This document shows positions 39,908 to 50,981 of a stretch of DNA of 56,790 nt, piece after piece (position 1 is the first letter of the stretch; each line of letters starts with the position of its first letter). The position numbers and the translations under genes were made by a program. This DNA comes from Promethearchaeota archaeon. GTDB lineage: Archaea > Asgardarchaeota > Lokiarchaeia > Sigyniarchaeales > SOKP01. The notes under the pieces were generated by a model. That model did not search any database. It saw only the letters and a list, made by a program, of their open reading frames with translations, and had not been told where the DNA came from. The stretch covers positions 1-56,790 of the forward strand of contig JAHLWP010000027.1 of NCBI GenBank assembly GCA_019057865.1, read 5' to 3'.

Positions 39908-40171
39908 GTGATCTTAATGGAAAAAGAAAAACCAAAAATATTACATACTGAGTTAAAAGGCAATCTCTCAACGCGTTTTAACATTATTAAATCCGCTTTG
40001 GGGATACAAAATGATGCAGAAGTTGTTCGTTATTTAATTCAGAATTATTTTAAGGAATATTTGGAAGGGCAAAAAATGGTAGCTAGGGAAGAATTAGAGG
40101 AAGACCGAGAAATTATTAAGAAATTTATGGAAAAATATGGAGATGAATGGAGAAAACTCGGTGAAGATTAG
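39908..40171 (+). CDS. Putative antitoxin / small DNA-binding protein
   Basis: Small ORF with a 1-nt overlap with the Doc gene; RHH-like N-terminus and acidic C-terminus. Confidence 0.6.
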   Translation: MILMEKEKPKILHTELKGNLSTRFNIIKSALGIQNDAEVVRYLIQNYFKEYLEGQKMVAREELEEDREIIKKFMEKYGDEWRKLGED

Positions 40172-40545
40172 TGGCATGGATTCCTTCAGTTGAATATATT
40201 GAAACCTTATTTGAAGGTCAGATTAAAGCAGGACACTTAATGAATCGTCAGGGATTGATATCTACTCTTGATAAAGTTAAATGGGGTGTTCCTTTCCAAG
40301 ATGCTCCAACTATCTGGGATAAAGTCACTATTTTGTATAAGGAAATTATAGAGAATCATTATTTTTCTGACGGAAATAAAAGAATAGGTGCTTTGTTAGC
40401 ATATATATTCCTATTTAAAAATGGATATGAATTTTCACCAATTGAAGGCGAGATTTATAGTGTAACTATGAATGTTGCGCAAGGATTAATAGAATTTGAA
40501 AAGCTTAAAGAATGGTTTAATAAGAATTCTAGGAAAGTAAAGTAA
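40171..40545 (+). CDS. Fic/Doc family toxin
   Basis: HYFSDGNKRIG Doc-type motif. Confidence 0.9.
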   Translation: MAWIPSVEYIETLFEGQIKAGHLMNRQGLISTLDKVKWGVPFQDAPTIWDKVTILYKEIIENHYFSDGNKRIGALLAYIFLFKNGYEFSPIEGEIYSVTMNVAQGLIEFEKLKEWFNKNSRKVK

Positions 40546-40701
40546 TAGAAATGGAAAAGACTTAACCAAAATTTAAAAACCTAATGTTAAGTTGATATTT
40601 TATATCTTTTTAATTTCTTAACATGAACTATGTGAACTAGTGCAATTAAACTGAATATTAAATTCAAATTTGCCAATTTGAAATAGGAAAAATAAGATTA
40701 A

Positions 40702-41277
40702 TCAAAGAATTTTGTCATAATCTAATTCATGAGAATCCATTATTCTTTTGGTCATTTCTTTAAAACTATGGAGGATATTTGTATTTTCCTTTGAAGAAGT
40801 CTTCAAAAAATCCTTTTCATCATGTTTATCAAGGAAATTCTCAATAGTTAATTCATCTACTTTATGCTTTTTATTTTTTTGAACCAAATCAAGTTTAGTT
40901 CCAATTAAAACTTTTGGACGATCATGAAGGTTACGCTCAATTAAATTATCATACCACCAATCTAATTTAATAAGGGTATCCATTTTCAATAAATCAAAAA
41001 CCAAAAAAATGCCATTCGCCCCATTAATATAATACTTAAATAACTTCTTAAATTGCTCTTGCCCCCCAAAATCCCATAGTGAAAGCCTTACTTTATTTTT
41101 CTTGCCTCTTACTATTATAGGGATGTCATAGGTATAAAAATCTATTCCAATAGTCAATTGAGTGTTTGTGTCAAATGTATCAAAACATAGTCTTCTTGCA
41201 ATACAGGTTTTTCCTACTCCACCATCCCCTATAAGACAAATTTTAAACACGTAAAGAGGACCTTCTCTTTCAAACAT
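40702..41277 (-). CDS. Rab-like small GTPase
   Basis: GDGGVGKT, TIGIDF, WDFGGQE, TKLD, TSSK; no C-terminal prenylation cysteine. Confidence 0.93.
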   Translation of the reverse strand: MFEREGPLYVFKICLIGDGGVGKTCIARRLCFDTFDTNTQLTIGIDFYTYDIPIIVRGKKNKVRLSLWDFGGQEQFKKLFKYYINGANGIFLVFDLLKMDTLIKLDWWYDNLIERNLHDRPKVLIGTKLDLVQKNKKHKVDELTIENFLDKHDEKDFLKTSSKENTNILHSFKEMTKRIMDSHELDYDKIL

Positions 41278-41412
41278 TGATTACTCACTTTTCTAATAGA
41301 TGAACTTTTATTTAAAAATTTAGATTAATTTCGTACTTTTATCTATATCAATATTATCTTTATGTCCAAATCAATAAAAATAAATTCATTATATTTTAAA
41401 AATGAATGAGAA

Positions 41413-42003
41413 TCATAATTTTCTACACAATAATTCTCCTTTACCTATAGGTACAATTAATGCATCCACGCGTTTATCAGCTAAAACCTTTTCCAACATA
41501 GGTTTTAAAGTTTCATAATGATTTATTGCATTATCTGCAACAAAAATCCCCCCCCTAACCATATTTGGAATCACTAAATCATAGCATTCTTCATAAATCT
41601 CTTTTTCAGCATCTAAAAAGCAAAATGATATTTTCTTAAAGTTTTTTATAAACTTACGGGCATCACCTTCAATTAATTCAATATAATGTTCCATTTCTGT
41701 TATTTTGAATGTTTCTTTTGCTAATTCTATTTTTTCCTTTAAAATTTCGAAGGTTATTACTTTATTCTCGGTCAAATTACAAGCAATAGCAATCCATAGA
41801 GTGGAATATCCAGCACTAGTTCCTATTTCTAAAAATTCTCCTTTAGGTGCACTTGCAGCTAAAATCGAAAGGAATCTACCTGTATCAGGTGTTATTTGCC
41901 GCAATCTTCTTAATCTTGGAGTTCCATCACTTCGATCTCTTGAATCAATATCTTCTAAATATTCCATCCTTTTTTTTATATTTTCAGGTATATTATGAAA
42001 CAT
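41413..42003 (-). CDS. SAM-dependent O-methyltransferase
   Basis: [27 protein letters not shown]. Confidence 0.92.
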   Translation of the reverse strand: MFHNIPENIKKRMEYLEDIDSRDRSDGTPRLRRLRQITPDTGRFLSILAASAPKGEFLEIGTSAGYSTLWIAIACNLTENKVITFEILKEKIELAKETFKITEMEHYIELIEGDARKFIKNFKKISFCFLDAEKEIYEECYDLVIPNMVRGGIFVADNAINHYETLKPMLEKVLADKRVDALIVPIGKGELLCRKL

Positions 42004-42028
42004 TTTCCATCATTGAATTTTATTCTAA

Positions 42029-42493
42029 TTAAAAATATTTAATCCAAATTGTAGCATCATCATCAGGATAAAATGCAGGTATAGTTGAGGCTTCCCGGAA
42101 ACCCACATTCTTATAGAAAAGTTTGCTAATTTTGTTTTCCCTTTCCATAAAGAGATAAATAACACGTAGTTTACATCCATCCACGGAAAAGTATTTTTTT
42201 GCTTCATCAATTAACGTTATTATCAATAGTTTTGCAATACCTTGACGTCTAAAACTAGAATTAACCCCTAATCCAACTAATTCCACAACACCATCATTTA
42301 AACCACCCCGTCTATCCCATGAAATAGTTCCAATTACTTTTTCATCAGTTATACATAAAAGTGTTTTTAATTTATAAACTAAATCCTTAGCAAACTGCTC
42401 TGCTCGCTGGTGATGATTTTCAACTTCCGTAAGATACATAGTTATAAGGAGTTCAATATCTTTCTCTGAAGCATATCTAATTACTTTTTCCAT
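42029..42493 (-). CDS. GNAT family acetyltransferase
   Basis: V...FRRQGIAK and N....LFY..VGF. Confidence 0.9.
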   Translation of the reverse strand: MEKVIRYASEKDIELLITMYLTEVENHHQRAEQFAKDLVYKLKTLLCITDEKVIGTISWDRRGGLNDGVVELVGLGVNSSFRRQGIAKLLIITLIDEAKKYFSVDGCKLRVIYLFMERENKISKLFYKNVGFREASTIPAFYPDDDATIWIKYF

Positions 42494-42933
42494 TAACTTT
42501 ATCTCTTTTAAATAAATTTCTCTTTGTAATCTATAACATAATTTTAATGAAAAAATTTTACTTTTAGTGACCCCCCTTATTATTTTTAAATAACTTTAGA
42601 CTTCAACTTACAATTCAAATGATAAATAATATTTAAAAATGATAAATAAAATAATTCCAATTACTGGTGGTTAATTCTGGGTTATATTAAAGAAACTGCT
42701 GAAGTAATTAAGGACTCATTAAAAGGAATTTCAAATAAAAAGAAGTTTAAGAAACTTATCGATAATATGATTTTTGCTATAGAGACAAAAACAGTTAGTG
42801 AATATTTTTTTTATAAATATAAAGTCTTAGAAGAATTAGCGCCACTTATTAATTTGAAAAAAGAAAAAGATAAAGAATATTTAGAGAAGTATAAAAAAAT
42901 AAAACGTTATTATAATAAACATTATAAAAGTAA

Positions 42934-44571
42934 TTAAAAGCTAAAAGCTTTAATGAATTTTTTTCCAATTATTTCCATTCCACGTTTTATAAATTCCCCT
43001 TTTCCAATATGTCCTTCATTATATTCTTTGTGCGTATCCTTGAATTTCTCCCACTTAAGTCCAAGGTGTATCATTAAATGTTCTTTAAGATTATCTATTT
43101 TATCAATATTTTTTTCTATTCGATTATAAATTATCGCTTTTCGTTTCACTTTTGTTTTACTATAAGTTACTTTGATAACAATACCTGCAATTGCGCTCAC
43201 AACGCCACCAACAATAGCTTGGAGCCAAAAAGGAATATCACTTAACCAATTAAAAGGATTAACTCCAGGTTCAGCACATGATCTTTGATCTGGATTTTTA
43301 ATTAAGACTATATCATAATTGCCTCCTCCATAACTTTTTGTAATACCAATAATAAACATATTATCTTCTCCGTCAAAATCTATTCCGTATCCTTGTTCAT
43401 CATAATTACCACCCCAAACACTACAATATTCTCTGTTACCTAAACTATCATATTTTAACCAACAGATTTCACCATCATCATCACCATTACCAAAAAATTT
43501 ACTGCCCACTACATAGATATATCCGAAAGAATCAAAAGCTAATCCATCAGCAAAATCTGTATATGAACCTCCATAAGTTCTGGCCCATAAAAGTGCTCCA
43601 CTATTATGATATTTCAATAGGCAAATATCTCCATTTGCCCCATTTGCATCCGCATCGGTTATACCACCAATATAAACATAATCATCAGGTCCTACTTCAA
43701 TACAAGTTCCCATATCATTGCCAGAACTTTCCCAAAGTTTATCAAATTGAAAATCACCATTACTATTATATTTGAGTAAAAAGATTTCGCTCATTCCATA
43801 TTGAACTGAACAACAACGATATCCTGTTACATAAATCATATCTAACGAATCAATAGCAATTGCAATACCATATGCAATATCAAAATATCCAACTCCGGCT
43901 TTCCAAGTTCTTTCCCATTCAAATCCGCCTGTGCTATTAAATTTAAATAGATCCATTTCATAATCATAGACCATAGACCCTGGATCCAAGTCGTTATTAC
44001 TACAAATATACACATTTCCTAATGAATCTACATCTAACCCTACACCGAATGGAGCATAAGGAAGACAATTACCAAATGTTTGATTCCATAATTGTTCTCC
44101 ATCGCTGTCATATTTTATTAATACCATCTTAAGTTGATTACTACCATAAAATATTTGCCCTCCTACATATACGCTTCCATTAGGACCTAAAGCAATAGCT
44201 GTTCCATAATTATCATCAAATCCCTCATACCATTCTCTTTGCCATATTTTATTGCCTGAATTGTTAAATCTACTTAATATAATTTTTTTATGTCCTAAGT
44301 TAATATCTGTTTCATATCCCACAATGTAAATATCACCTGTAATCTTGTCTACTTCTATATCATATCCCCAGTCTTCGGATGTATTACCTAGTGTTAGGTA
44401 CCACTCTTCCGCCGCTATTAATGGAAATTTCATATTATCCCTATAATTTTTATTTTCAACATAAATAGGCATTAGAGACAAATTAATAAAAGTGCATAGA
44501 AATCCGCTGAAAAAAAGTAAATAAAGCAATTTGAATCCTATTAACTTAAATCTTGTATTTAATTTAGCCAT
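42934..44571 (-). CDS. Membrane-anchored beta-propeller (SBBP-like repeats) surface protein
   Basis: N-terminal signal/TM, about 7 repeats of D..G.IY.VG...L.KY...G...W, and a C-terminal TM with a cytoplasmic tail. Confidence 0.85.
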   Translation of the reverse strand: MAKLNTRFKLIGFKLLYLLFFSGFLCTFINLSLMPIYVENKNYRDNMKFPLIAAEEWYLTLGNTSEDWGYDIEVDKITGDIYIVGYETDINLGHKKIILSRFNNSGNKIWQREWYEGFDDNYGTAIALGPNGSVYVGGQIFYGSNQLKMVLIKYDSDGEQLWNQTFGNCLPYAPFGVGLDVDSLGNVYICSNNDLDPGSMVYDYEMDLFKFNSTGGFEWERTWKAGVGYFDIAYGIAIAIDSLDMIYVTGYRCCSVQYGMSEIFLLKYNSNGDFQFDKLWESSGNDMGTCIEVGPDDYVYIGGITDADANGANGDICLLKYHNSGALLWARTYGGSYTDFADGLAFDSFGYIYVVGSKFFGNGDDDGEICWLKYDSLGNREYCSVWGGNYDEQGYGIDFDGEDNMFIIGITKSYGGGNYDIVLIKNPDQRSCAEPGVNPFNWLSDIPFWLQAIVGGVVSAIAGIVIKVTYSKTKVKRKAIIYNRIEKNIDKIDNLKEHLMIHLGLKWEKFKDTHKEYNEGHIGKGEFIKRGMEIIGKKFIKAFSF

Positions 44572-44733
44572 CTTTCAACTAACTTTACAACTTGATAATT
44601 TTGTTTGAATTGAATTGGATAAGAATTTAAAAGAGATTAAATCTAAATCTTAATTTATATTGTTCAGTTGAGATTTAAAAGTTTTTACTATTCATTAAAA
44701 ACAAAAATTAGACTTTTATAAAATTATAATAGT

Positions 44734-45846
44734 TTAAGATTGGGACAATAATTCAATTAAAGCTCTTGGAATTTCTTTAAAATTTTTCACAGCATAAAAT
44801 TTTCCCCTTCCTGCTCGAGCTATTTCCCTGCAAGTTTCAATTCCTCTATCAGCATCATTCTCTGCTGGCATTCCAATAACATGCAATTTTGGATATCTTT
44901 TTGCTAAGTCAATAGGATCCCCACCTCTATTAGTTATGCCATCGCTTATAAGTATTCCAAAACGGCTTTTCCTGTTTTCTTTTACTTTATTTAACTCTTT
45001 TAATCCCTTTTCTAATCCAATTGATATATTTGTAAATCCTACAGCTTCAGAATCTAAGATATCATCAATTATAGAAATAATAGGCTTTTTCTGATCAATT
45101 TTTTTCATAATCATAGCTGTTGAATTAAATAAAACAATGGCATAATCTTCCTTTTCCATATTGTAAGCTAATACTGAGGTTGTAAGTGCTGCATTTAGTA
45201 GTAAACGCCCATACATACTTCCACTAGTATCTAGAATCAATACAACTTTTCTTTTTTGTCTTTTTCTTTCAATTCCATAAATATCTCGATAACTTAAACT
45301 TTTGTTATAAATTTTTAATGGATTATGCTGAATGGTTTCATCCATATTGAATTCAGGCATTCCAATTTGGTAATATGGAACAGTCTTTTTGTATTGTCCT
45401 CTTATTCCTTTGCTTGTTATTTTTAATGATAATTTTATAATACTTTGGCGTGCTAATCGTCTAAAAATCTTTTTATATTTTTCAGAAACTGGACGCCTAA
45501 TAAAAAAGTAAATTTCTGGCATAAATTCTCCTGACTCTTTAGCTTTTTCCGAGAAAAATCTAACGCCTTCATCAGTATCTATGGCATCCGTTGCTGCATA
45601 CACATTTGATTTTAAAAGTCCGATTATAGCTTCAAGGTTTTTGTATTGAATTGCTATATATGTTAATTCTTTTATCTGCTTATAATCTAGAGAACTAGCT
45701 AAATGTTTATAATAATCTGGTTTTTTCTTTTTCTTTCTAATTATTTCATATTTTAAAATTTCTTTATCAGGTGGTCTCTCAGTAAGTCTAACATGCAGTC
45801 TCTTCTCAATCTCTTCGGAACTTGCCTCTGAGAAATCATCGATTAT
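44734..45846 (-). CDS. vWA domain protein (MoxR partner)
   Basis: MIDAS DTSGSM and ISDG. The frame is open 81 codons beyond the track's GTG (45603) to an ATA at 45846 that overlaps the MoxR stop. Confidence 0.88.
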   Translation of the reverse strand: MIDDFSEASSEEIEKRLHVRLTERPPDKEILKYEIIRKKKKKPDYYKHLASSLDYKQIKELTYIAIQYKNLEAIIGLLKSNVYAATDAIDTDEGVRFFSEKAKESGEFMPEIYFFIRRPVSEKYKKIFRRLARQSIIKLSLKITSKGIRGQYKKTVPYYQIGMPEFNMDETIQHNPLKIYNKSLSYRDIYGIERKRQKRKVVLILDTSGSMYGRLLLNAALTTSVLAYNMEKEDYAIVLFNSTAMIMKKIDQKKPIISIIDDILDSEAVGFTNISIGLEKGLKELNKVKENRKSRFGILISDGITNRGGDPIDLAKRYPKLHVIGMPAENDADRGIETCREIARAGRGKFYAVKNFKEIPRALIELLSQS

Positions 45847-46715
45847 TGAAAATCCGATTCATTTAACACAGCAAGAACAATATTAGTAATTATTTCTTTT
45901 TTGGATTGAGTCAAACCATCTTCTAATTCGATTTTATTATATAAAGACATTACAGCTGATTCAATCCAGTTCTTCGAACTTTTATCATTTCCATATTGAC
46001 TTATTAAAGCAGCCATATCGATTGCTCCTCTAATAGAGCTCCCCCGACGTATTGATGTACTTTGTCTTGTTTTTTGGATTATATTTTGAGATATTGTAGC
46101 GATTTTATCAACATTACCGTCACTTAAATTCACTTCTTGTTTAATAATTAAAATTTCTTCTTCTGGACTTTGGTAATCTAGATTGATCCAAACAAATCGA
46201 TCAATTAAAGCTTCTCCTAATACCGTTACGCCCACATGCGCAGAAGGATTTTGTGTAGCAATTACAAAGAAATTTGTATTTGCCCGAATCGTCTTTAATT
46301 TAGGTATTTCTAAAATTCCTTCATCAAGAGTAGTTAATAATTCATTTTGAGTACTTTCAGGCATTCTATTTATTTCGTTTATAAATAAACATCCTCCCTT
46401 TAACATAGCAGAAACAAGTGGACCTAGTATATAGGAATCTTCAACATATCCCTTTGCTATTACTAAAGGAGGATCAAAATAACCTACAAGATTATGTGTA
46501 AGAGTTTCTTCTGAACAGTCAATACGATAAAAATCTGAATCAAAATAAGCGACTACAGCTTTCGCGAGAGTTGTTTTTCCTACTCCAACTTCTCCTTCTA
46601 TTAAAATATTCTTTCCTACTGAGTGAGCTAAAACAATTTGTTTTAACTCTTCTTTTCTACCAATTACCTTATATTTTTCTTGTATTTCTTTTACTATTTC
46701 GGTTGTATCAACCAT
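45843..46715 (-). CDS. MoxR family AAA+ ATPase
   Basis: GEVGVGKT, LFINEINR, IATQNP, EALIDRF. Confidence 0.92.
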   Translation of the reverse strand: MVDTTEIVKEIQEKYKVIGRKEELKQIVLAHSVGKNILIEGEVGVGKTTLAKAVVAYFDSDFYRIDCSEETLTHNLVGYFDPPLVIAKGYVEDSYILGPLVSAMLKGGCLFINEINRMPESTQNELLTTLDEGILEIPKLKTIRANTNFFVIATQNPSAHVGVTVLGEALIDRFVWINLDYQSPEEEILIIKQEVNLSDGNVDKIATISQNIIQKTRQSTSIRRGSSIRGAIDMAALISQYGNDKSSKNWIESAVMSLYNKIELEDGLTQSKKEIITNIVLAVLNESDFQ

Positions 46716-46999
46716 AAATGTAACAAATTATTTATTTCTAAAAAATTTTTTTAATTGAAGCTTTTACACTCTCACACATCCCACTTGAATGAAATTCAAT
46801 TTTTGGGGAAATTAATACGAATTTTTTTAGATCTCCCTGAAGAAAGATACTAATTTTGTTAAATAAATTTTTAATAAACTTAAAAGAAAGTTATTTTCAA
46901 ATTTAAACTTCAAATAGAGTAAAGAAAAGTTTATATTAACTTTTGTAAATTCTTCTTATAAATTTTAATTTATTTATATTTTAGTGTTGATAAATTATC

Positions 47000-47968
47000 A
47001 TGGAATTAGCAATTGAAGCTATTGGAATTACAAAAATATTTGGTGGGCATGGAAAAGGACCTTTTAAGAAACCTATTGTAGAAGCACTAAAGAATGTTGA
47101 TTTCAAAATAAAATCTGGGGAAAATTATTGTCTCTTAGGACCAAATGGTTCCGGAAAAACTACATTAATACGTTGTGTTTTAGGATTATTAGAGAGTGAA
47201 GGTTCTATTAAACTTTTAGGATATGACATACCAAAACAACGGAATAAAATAATACAAAAAATAGGTTATATGCCTCAGGAAACCAGTCTTTATCCTGACT
47301 TATCAGTAAAAGAAACCCTTCAATTTTTTGCACGAATGTTTGGTTTAAAGAATCGTGAACATCGAAATAAAGCTATAGAAACAATATTAGATGTTTTAAA
47401 ATTAAAAGAATGGCAAAATATGATTGTAGAAAATCTTTCAGGAGGTATGAAACGTAGACTTTCTTTAGCATGTTCATTAGTACATGAACCCACGCTTATT
47501 ATGCTTGATGAGCCAACTGTGGGGGTGGATCCAAAACTTAGACTTACTTTCTGGGACTATTTTAATGAATTGAACAAAGATGGAGCTACAATTCTTACAA
47601 CTACTCACGTGATGGACGAAGCTGAAAAAAGTCATATAATTGGTTTTATGAGAGATGGGCGTCTTATTGCTGAAGGGTCTATAGATGAGCTAAAGAAAAG
47701 AATCCCTAAATATAGGAAACTAACTGTTAAAACAACAATTGAAAATACAGAATCAATTGGAAAACTAATTTCGAAAGAATATGATTTAGAAGTACTTCCA
47801 TCTCAATTTAAAATAGAAGTATTTTATGATGATAATTCAATGTTAGAACCAATATTAGAATTGATTAAAAATGAAACTAAAATACGAGAAATGGTTACAA
47901 CTGAACCTAATCTAGAAGATATTTTTATACATTTTTCAAGTAAAAAGGAGGGCTCTACAGACAAATGA
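47000..47968 (+). CDS. ABC transporter ATP-binding protein
   Basis: GPNGSGKT, LSGGMKRR, LDEPT, TTH. Confidence 0.95.
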   Translation: MELAIEAIGITKIFGGHGKGPFKKPIVEALKNVDFKIKSGENYCLLGPNGSGKTTLIRCVLGLLESEGSIKLLGYDIPKQRNKIIQKIGYMPQETSLYPDLSVKETLQFFARMFGLKNREHRNKAIETILDVLKLKEWQNMIVENLSGGMKRRLSLACSLVHEPTLIMLDEPTVGVDPKLRLTFWDYFNELNKDGATILTTTHVMDEAEKSHIIGFMRDGRLIAEGSIDELKKRIPKYRKLTVKTTIENTESIGKLISKEYDLEVLPSQFKIEVFYDDNSMLEPILELIKNETKIREMVTTEPNLEDIFIHFSSKKEGSTDK

Positions 47969-49473
47969 AGTTATTTAATATTTGGACTGTTACTAAGAAA
48001 AATTTGAATCAAATGAAACGTGATGTCCGAATGATTGGGTTATCAATTTTTGCTCCAATTTTGGTTACAGCTCTATTTGGTTCTGTTTTTGGTGGGGATA
48101 TAACTAATATTAAAGTAATAGTAATAAATAATGATAATAATTTTGAAGATAATATTTCTACACAAATTTCAGACGTACTAGCGTTAGATCCTAAAATTCA
48201 ATTCAATATTACATTTGATCCAAATACTGCTCGTGCTGCCGTAAATAATAATTATTCCCAAGCAGCAATTATTTTTCCAAGCTTATTCACAGAAAATTTA
48301 TTACTTGGGAAAGATACACAAATTGACTTGTATGTAAGTTATGAAAATCCAGAACTTGCTGAATATTTAATTTCTATCTTTCAAATAAGTTATACTCAAG
48401 TATTAGAAACTTATACTGGAGGATTTAATTTTTCAGTTTTAATATTTCCTGTTCATGAAGGAACTCCTGGGCCACTTCCAGAGTTTATTAATGTTTCTCT
48501 TTGTAACAATGATATCGGTTGGACTAAAGGGAAGTTATCAGATGAAATCCTTAAGGTTTTAGATGAGAATGGAAAATTAAAGCTAATACATTCCAATGAC
48601 CTAAACCATTCAGAAACTTTAGTGGAAAAAGGGGAAATTCGTGCTATTTTAATATTTTCTGAGAATTTTACATACGAGATGCTAACAAAAAAGGAAATTA
48701 ATCTTCAAGTTAAATTAGATGGTGCTGAACCACAATCGTGCTTGGTAATTATGAGTGTATTAAGGTCTTCTCTTGTTGAAGCTTTTTCAGATGAATTTGA
48801 TAAATCTATGTTTAATATAAATGAATATTATTTCAATAATCCTGACAGCACTGAAAAACCCATAAAATCAATAACCTATTTTACTCCAGCTATTTTATGC
48901 TTTATTGTATTCTTTTTCTCGTTTCTATTAACAATGTTAGCTTTTTTAAGGGAAAGAAATCAAGGAACCATGGAACGTATACTTACTTCACCATTAACAA
49001 GAGGGGAAATTATTCTAGGATATATTTTATCTCATAGTATTCTTTCAATTGTTCAAGCAACATCAGTTATTCTCACAACATTCTTAATTTTTGGAGCACA
49101 AATCGAATATACAGTTCTTTCTCTTATTCAAGCTTATTTAATCATTTATTTAGTAGTTATAGGGGCACTAGGAATAGGGATATTTCTTTCAACTTTAGCT
49201 AAAACGGAGTTTCAAATAATACAATTTATTCCTCTGGTTATCATCCCTTTTATGTTACTTTCAGGAGTTTGGGCACCAATTGAAACCTTGCCCGATTGGC
49301 TACAGCCAATCTCTCAGTTTATTCCTTTAACATATGCTAATCAAGCAATGAGAGATATTCTCTTAAGAAAAAAAAGTTTTTTAGATGTGCCAGTTGCACT
49401 AATCATTTTATTAACATTCGCAGTGATGATGATTGCATTAGGAATAATAAAACTCAATAAAAAACTCAAATAA
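47965..49473 (+). CDS. ABC-2 type permease with a duplicated extracellular domain
   Basis: RERNQGTMERILTSP and LSGVWAPIETLPDWLQ; two similar extracellular segments. Confidence 0.92.
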   Translation: MKLFNIWTVTKKNLNQMKRDVRMIGLSIFAPILVTALFGSVFGGDITNIKVIVINNDNNFEDNISTQISDVLALDPKIQFNITFDPNTARAAVNNNYSQAAIIFPSLFTENLLLGKDTQIDLYVSYENPELAEYLISIFQISYTQVLETYTGGFNFSVLIFPVHEGTPGPLPEFINVSLCNNDIGWTKGKLSDEILKVLDENGKLKLIHSNDLNHSETLVEKGEIRAILIFSENFTYEMLTKKEINLQVKLDGAEPQSCLVIMSVLRSSLVEAFSDEFDKSMFNINEYYFNNPDSTEKPIKSITYFTPAILCFIVFFFSFLLTMLAFLRERNQGTMERILTSPLTRGEIILGYILSHSILSIVQATSVILTTFLIFGAQIEYTVLSLIQAYLIIYLVVIGALGIGIFLSTLAKTEFQIIQFIPLVIIPFMLLSGVWAPIETLPDWLQPISQFIPLTYANQAMRDILLRKKSFLDVPVALIILLTFAVMMIALGIIKLNKKLK

Positions 49474-49724
49474 ATTAAAGAATTTTTTTTAATTTTTTAA
49501 TTATTATTAATCAACTAAATATTTAGATTAAGAAAAATAATAATCTCATAGAACTAAGTATAATTTAAATAATAAAATAACTTTTATCATAAGACTTATG
49601 AGATTCTAGCTGAGAGAGATTTTAGATATAGCTTTTCTGAAATATTGAATCTCTTACAAAAGTATGCTTTTAAAATGAATAAAGAACTTATAAGACCAAA
49701 AAAAATTAAAAGGATGTTCTAAAT

Positions 49725-50981
49725 TTATTTGGGAAATAATTTCACCAAGACTTTTACTCCTTCCTTTAAACCTTCTTGATAAGGAGGAATCTCTACTATT
49801 CCATCTGATTTAGTTAAAGAACTTAAAACTCCTGATCCCTTCAGCTTTATAGGAAAAGCAATATATTCATTTTTTATTTTTTCTATCTTCACTCTGAGAT
49901 GATGAATATATCCCATACTTGAAACTGGGACGTCTTTTTTAAGAGTTGCAAAAATTTCTGTTCTAGGATCAATTTTCAAACACCCTAACATTTTTCTAAT
50001 AGTAATTCCAACAAATTTTAAGAAACCTATATAAGCGGCAACCGGAGTACCAGGTAAACAAAAAATTACTGTTTTATCTTTATATCCTATTAAAATTGGA
50101 GAACCTGGTCGCATTGCAACTCCATGTATTAGTATTGTGGCGCTTTCTTGCACAATTTCAGGTAATAAATCTTTACTTCCAACAGAAGTACCCCCAGTAA
50201 AAACAACTATGTCTGAATCCTTGACAGAATTAAGTAAAAATTCTTTAATTTTTTCTTTATCATCTTTTAAAGTTGATTCTCTAATTACAGTGCCACCATA
50301 CATCTTAACCAAATTTGAAATCATAGGAGTGTTAGAATTATAAATTTTATTAGGTTCTAATGGATTTCCAAGTTCTATCAATTCATCTCCCGTAGCATAA
50401 ACACTCACTTTAGGACGCCCTCTTACTTTTATTTTAGTAAGTCCTGAGGAGCTTAATATAGCAATATGTTCTGGCTTTAATTGAATTCCTTTATCAAGTA
50501 TTTTTTTACCTTTGAGAATATCTTCTCCTTTTTTTGAAATGTTTTTACCTGGGACAAGTGATGTGAAAAGTGTTATAGTATCCTCTTTTATATCAGTATC
50601 TTCAATTTTAATTACTGTATCTGCACCTTTGGGAATCGCAGCTCCAGTAGAAATTCGTATTGCTTCTCCCTCATCCATTTCTAAGTCAGAAGAACTTCCC
50701 ACTCCAACTTTTCCGACTAATTTAACTTTTTTAGGATTTTTAAGTGAAGCGTCAAAAGTATCTGTTGCTTTTAATGCATATCCATCCATCGCAGCTCTGT
50801 TAAATGGGGGAATATCAACATTACTTACAATATCTTCAGCTAATATTCTATTTAAAGCAGTTGAGGTTTGAATTTCTTCAAAAGAAGTAAATTTAATGTG
50901 AGAATCTAATTTCTTAATTGCATCCTCTAACGAGGTTAATTTTGAAAAACCGATCTTTTTCAATCTCTCCAATTGAATCAC
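49725..50981 (-). CDS. moeA: Molybdopterin molybdotransferase
   Basis: PPFNRAAMDGYA, TGDEL, TGGTSVG, LPGTP. Confidence 0.95.
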   Translation of the reverse strand: MIQLERLKKIGFSKLTSLEDAIKKLDSHIKFTSFEEIQTSTALNRILAEDIVSNVDIPPFNRAAMDGYALKATDTFDASLKNPKKVKLVGKVGVGSSSDLEMDEGEAIRISTGAAIPKGADTVIKIEDTDIKEDTITLFTSLVPGKNISKKGEDILKGKKILDKGIQLKPEHIAILSSSGLTKIKVRGRPKVSVYATGDELIELGNPLEPNKIYNSNTPMISNLVKMYGGTVIRESTLKDDKEKIKEFLLNSVKDSDIVVFTGGTSVGSKDLLPEIVQESATILIHGVAMRPGSPILIGYKDKTVIFCLPGTPVAAYIGFLKFVGITIRKMLGCLKIDPRTEIFATLKKDVPVSSMGYIHHLRVKIEKIKNEYIAFPIKLKGSGVLSSLTKSDGIVEIPPYQEGLKEGVKVLVKLFPK

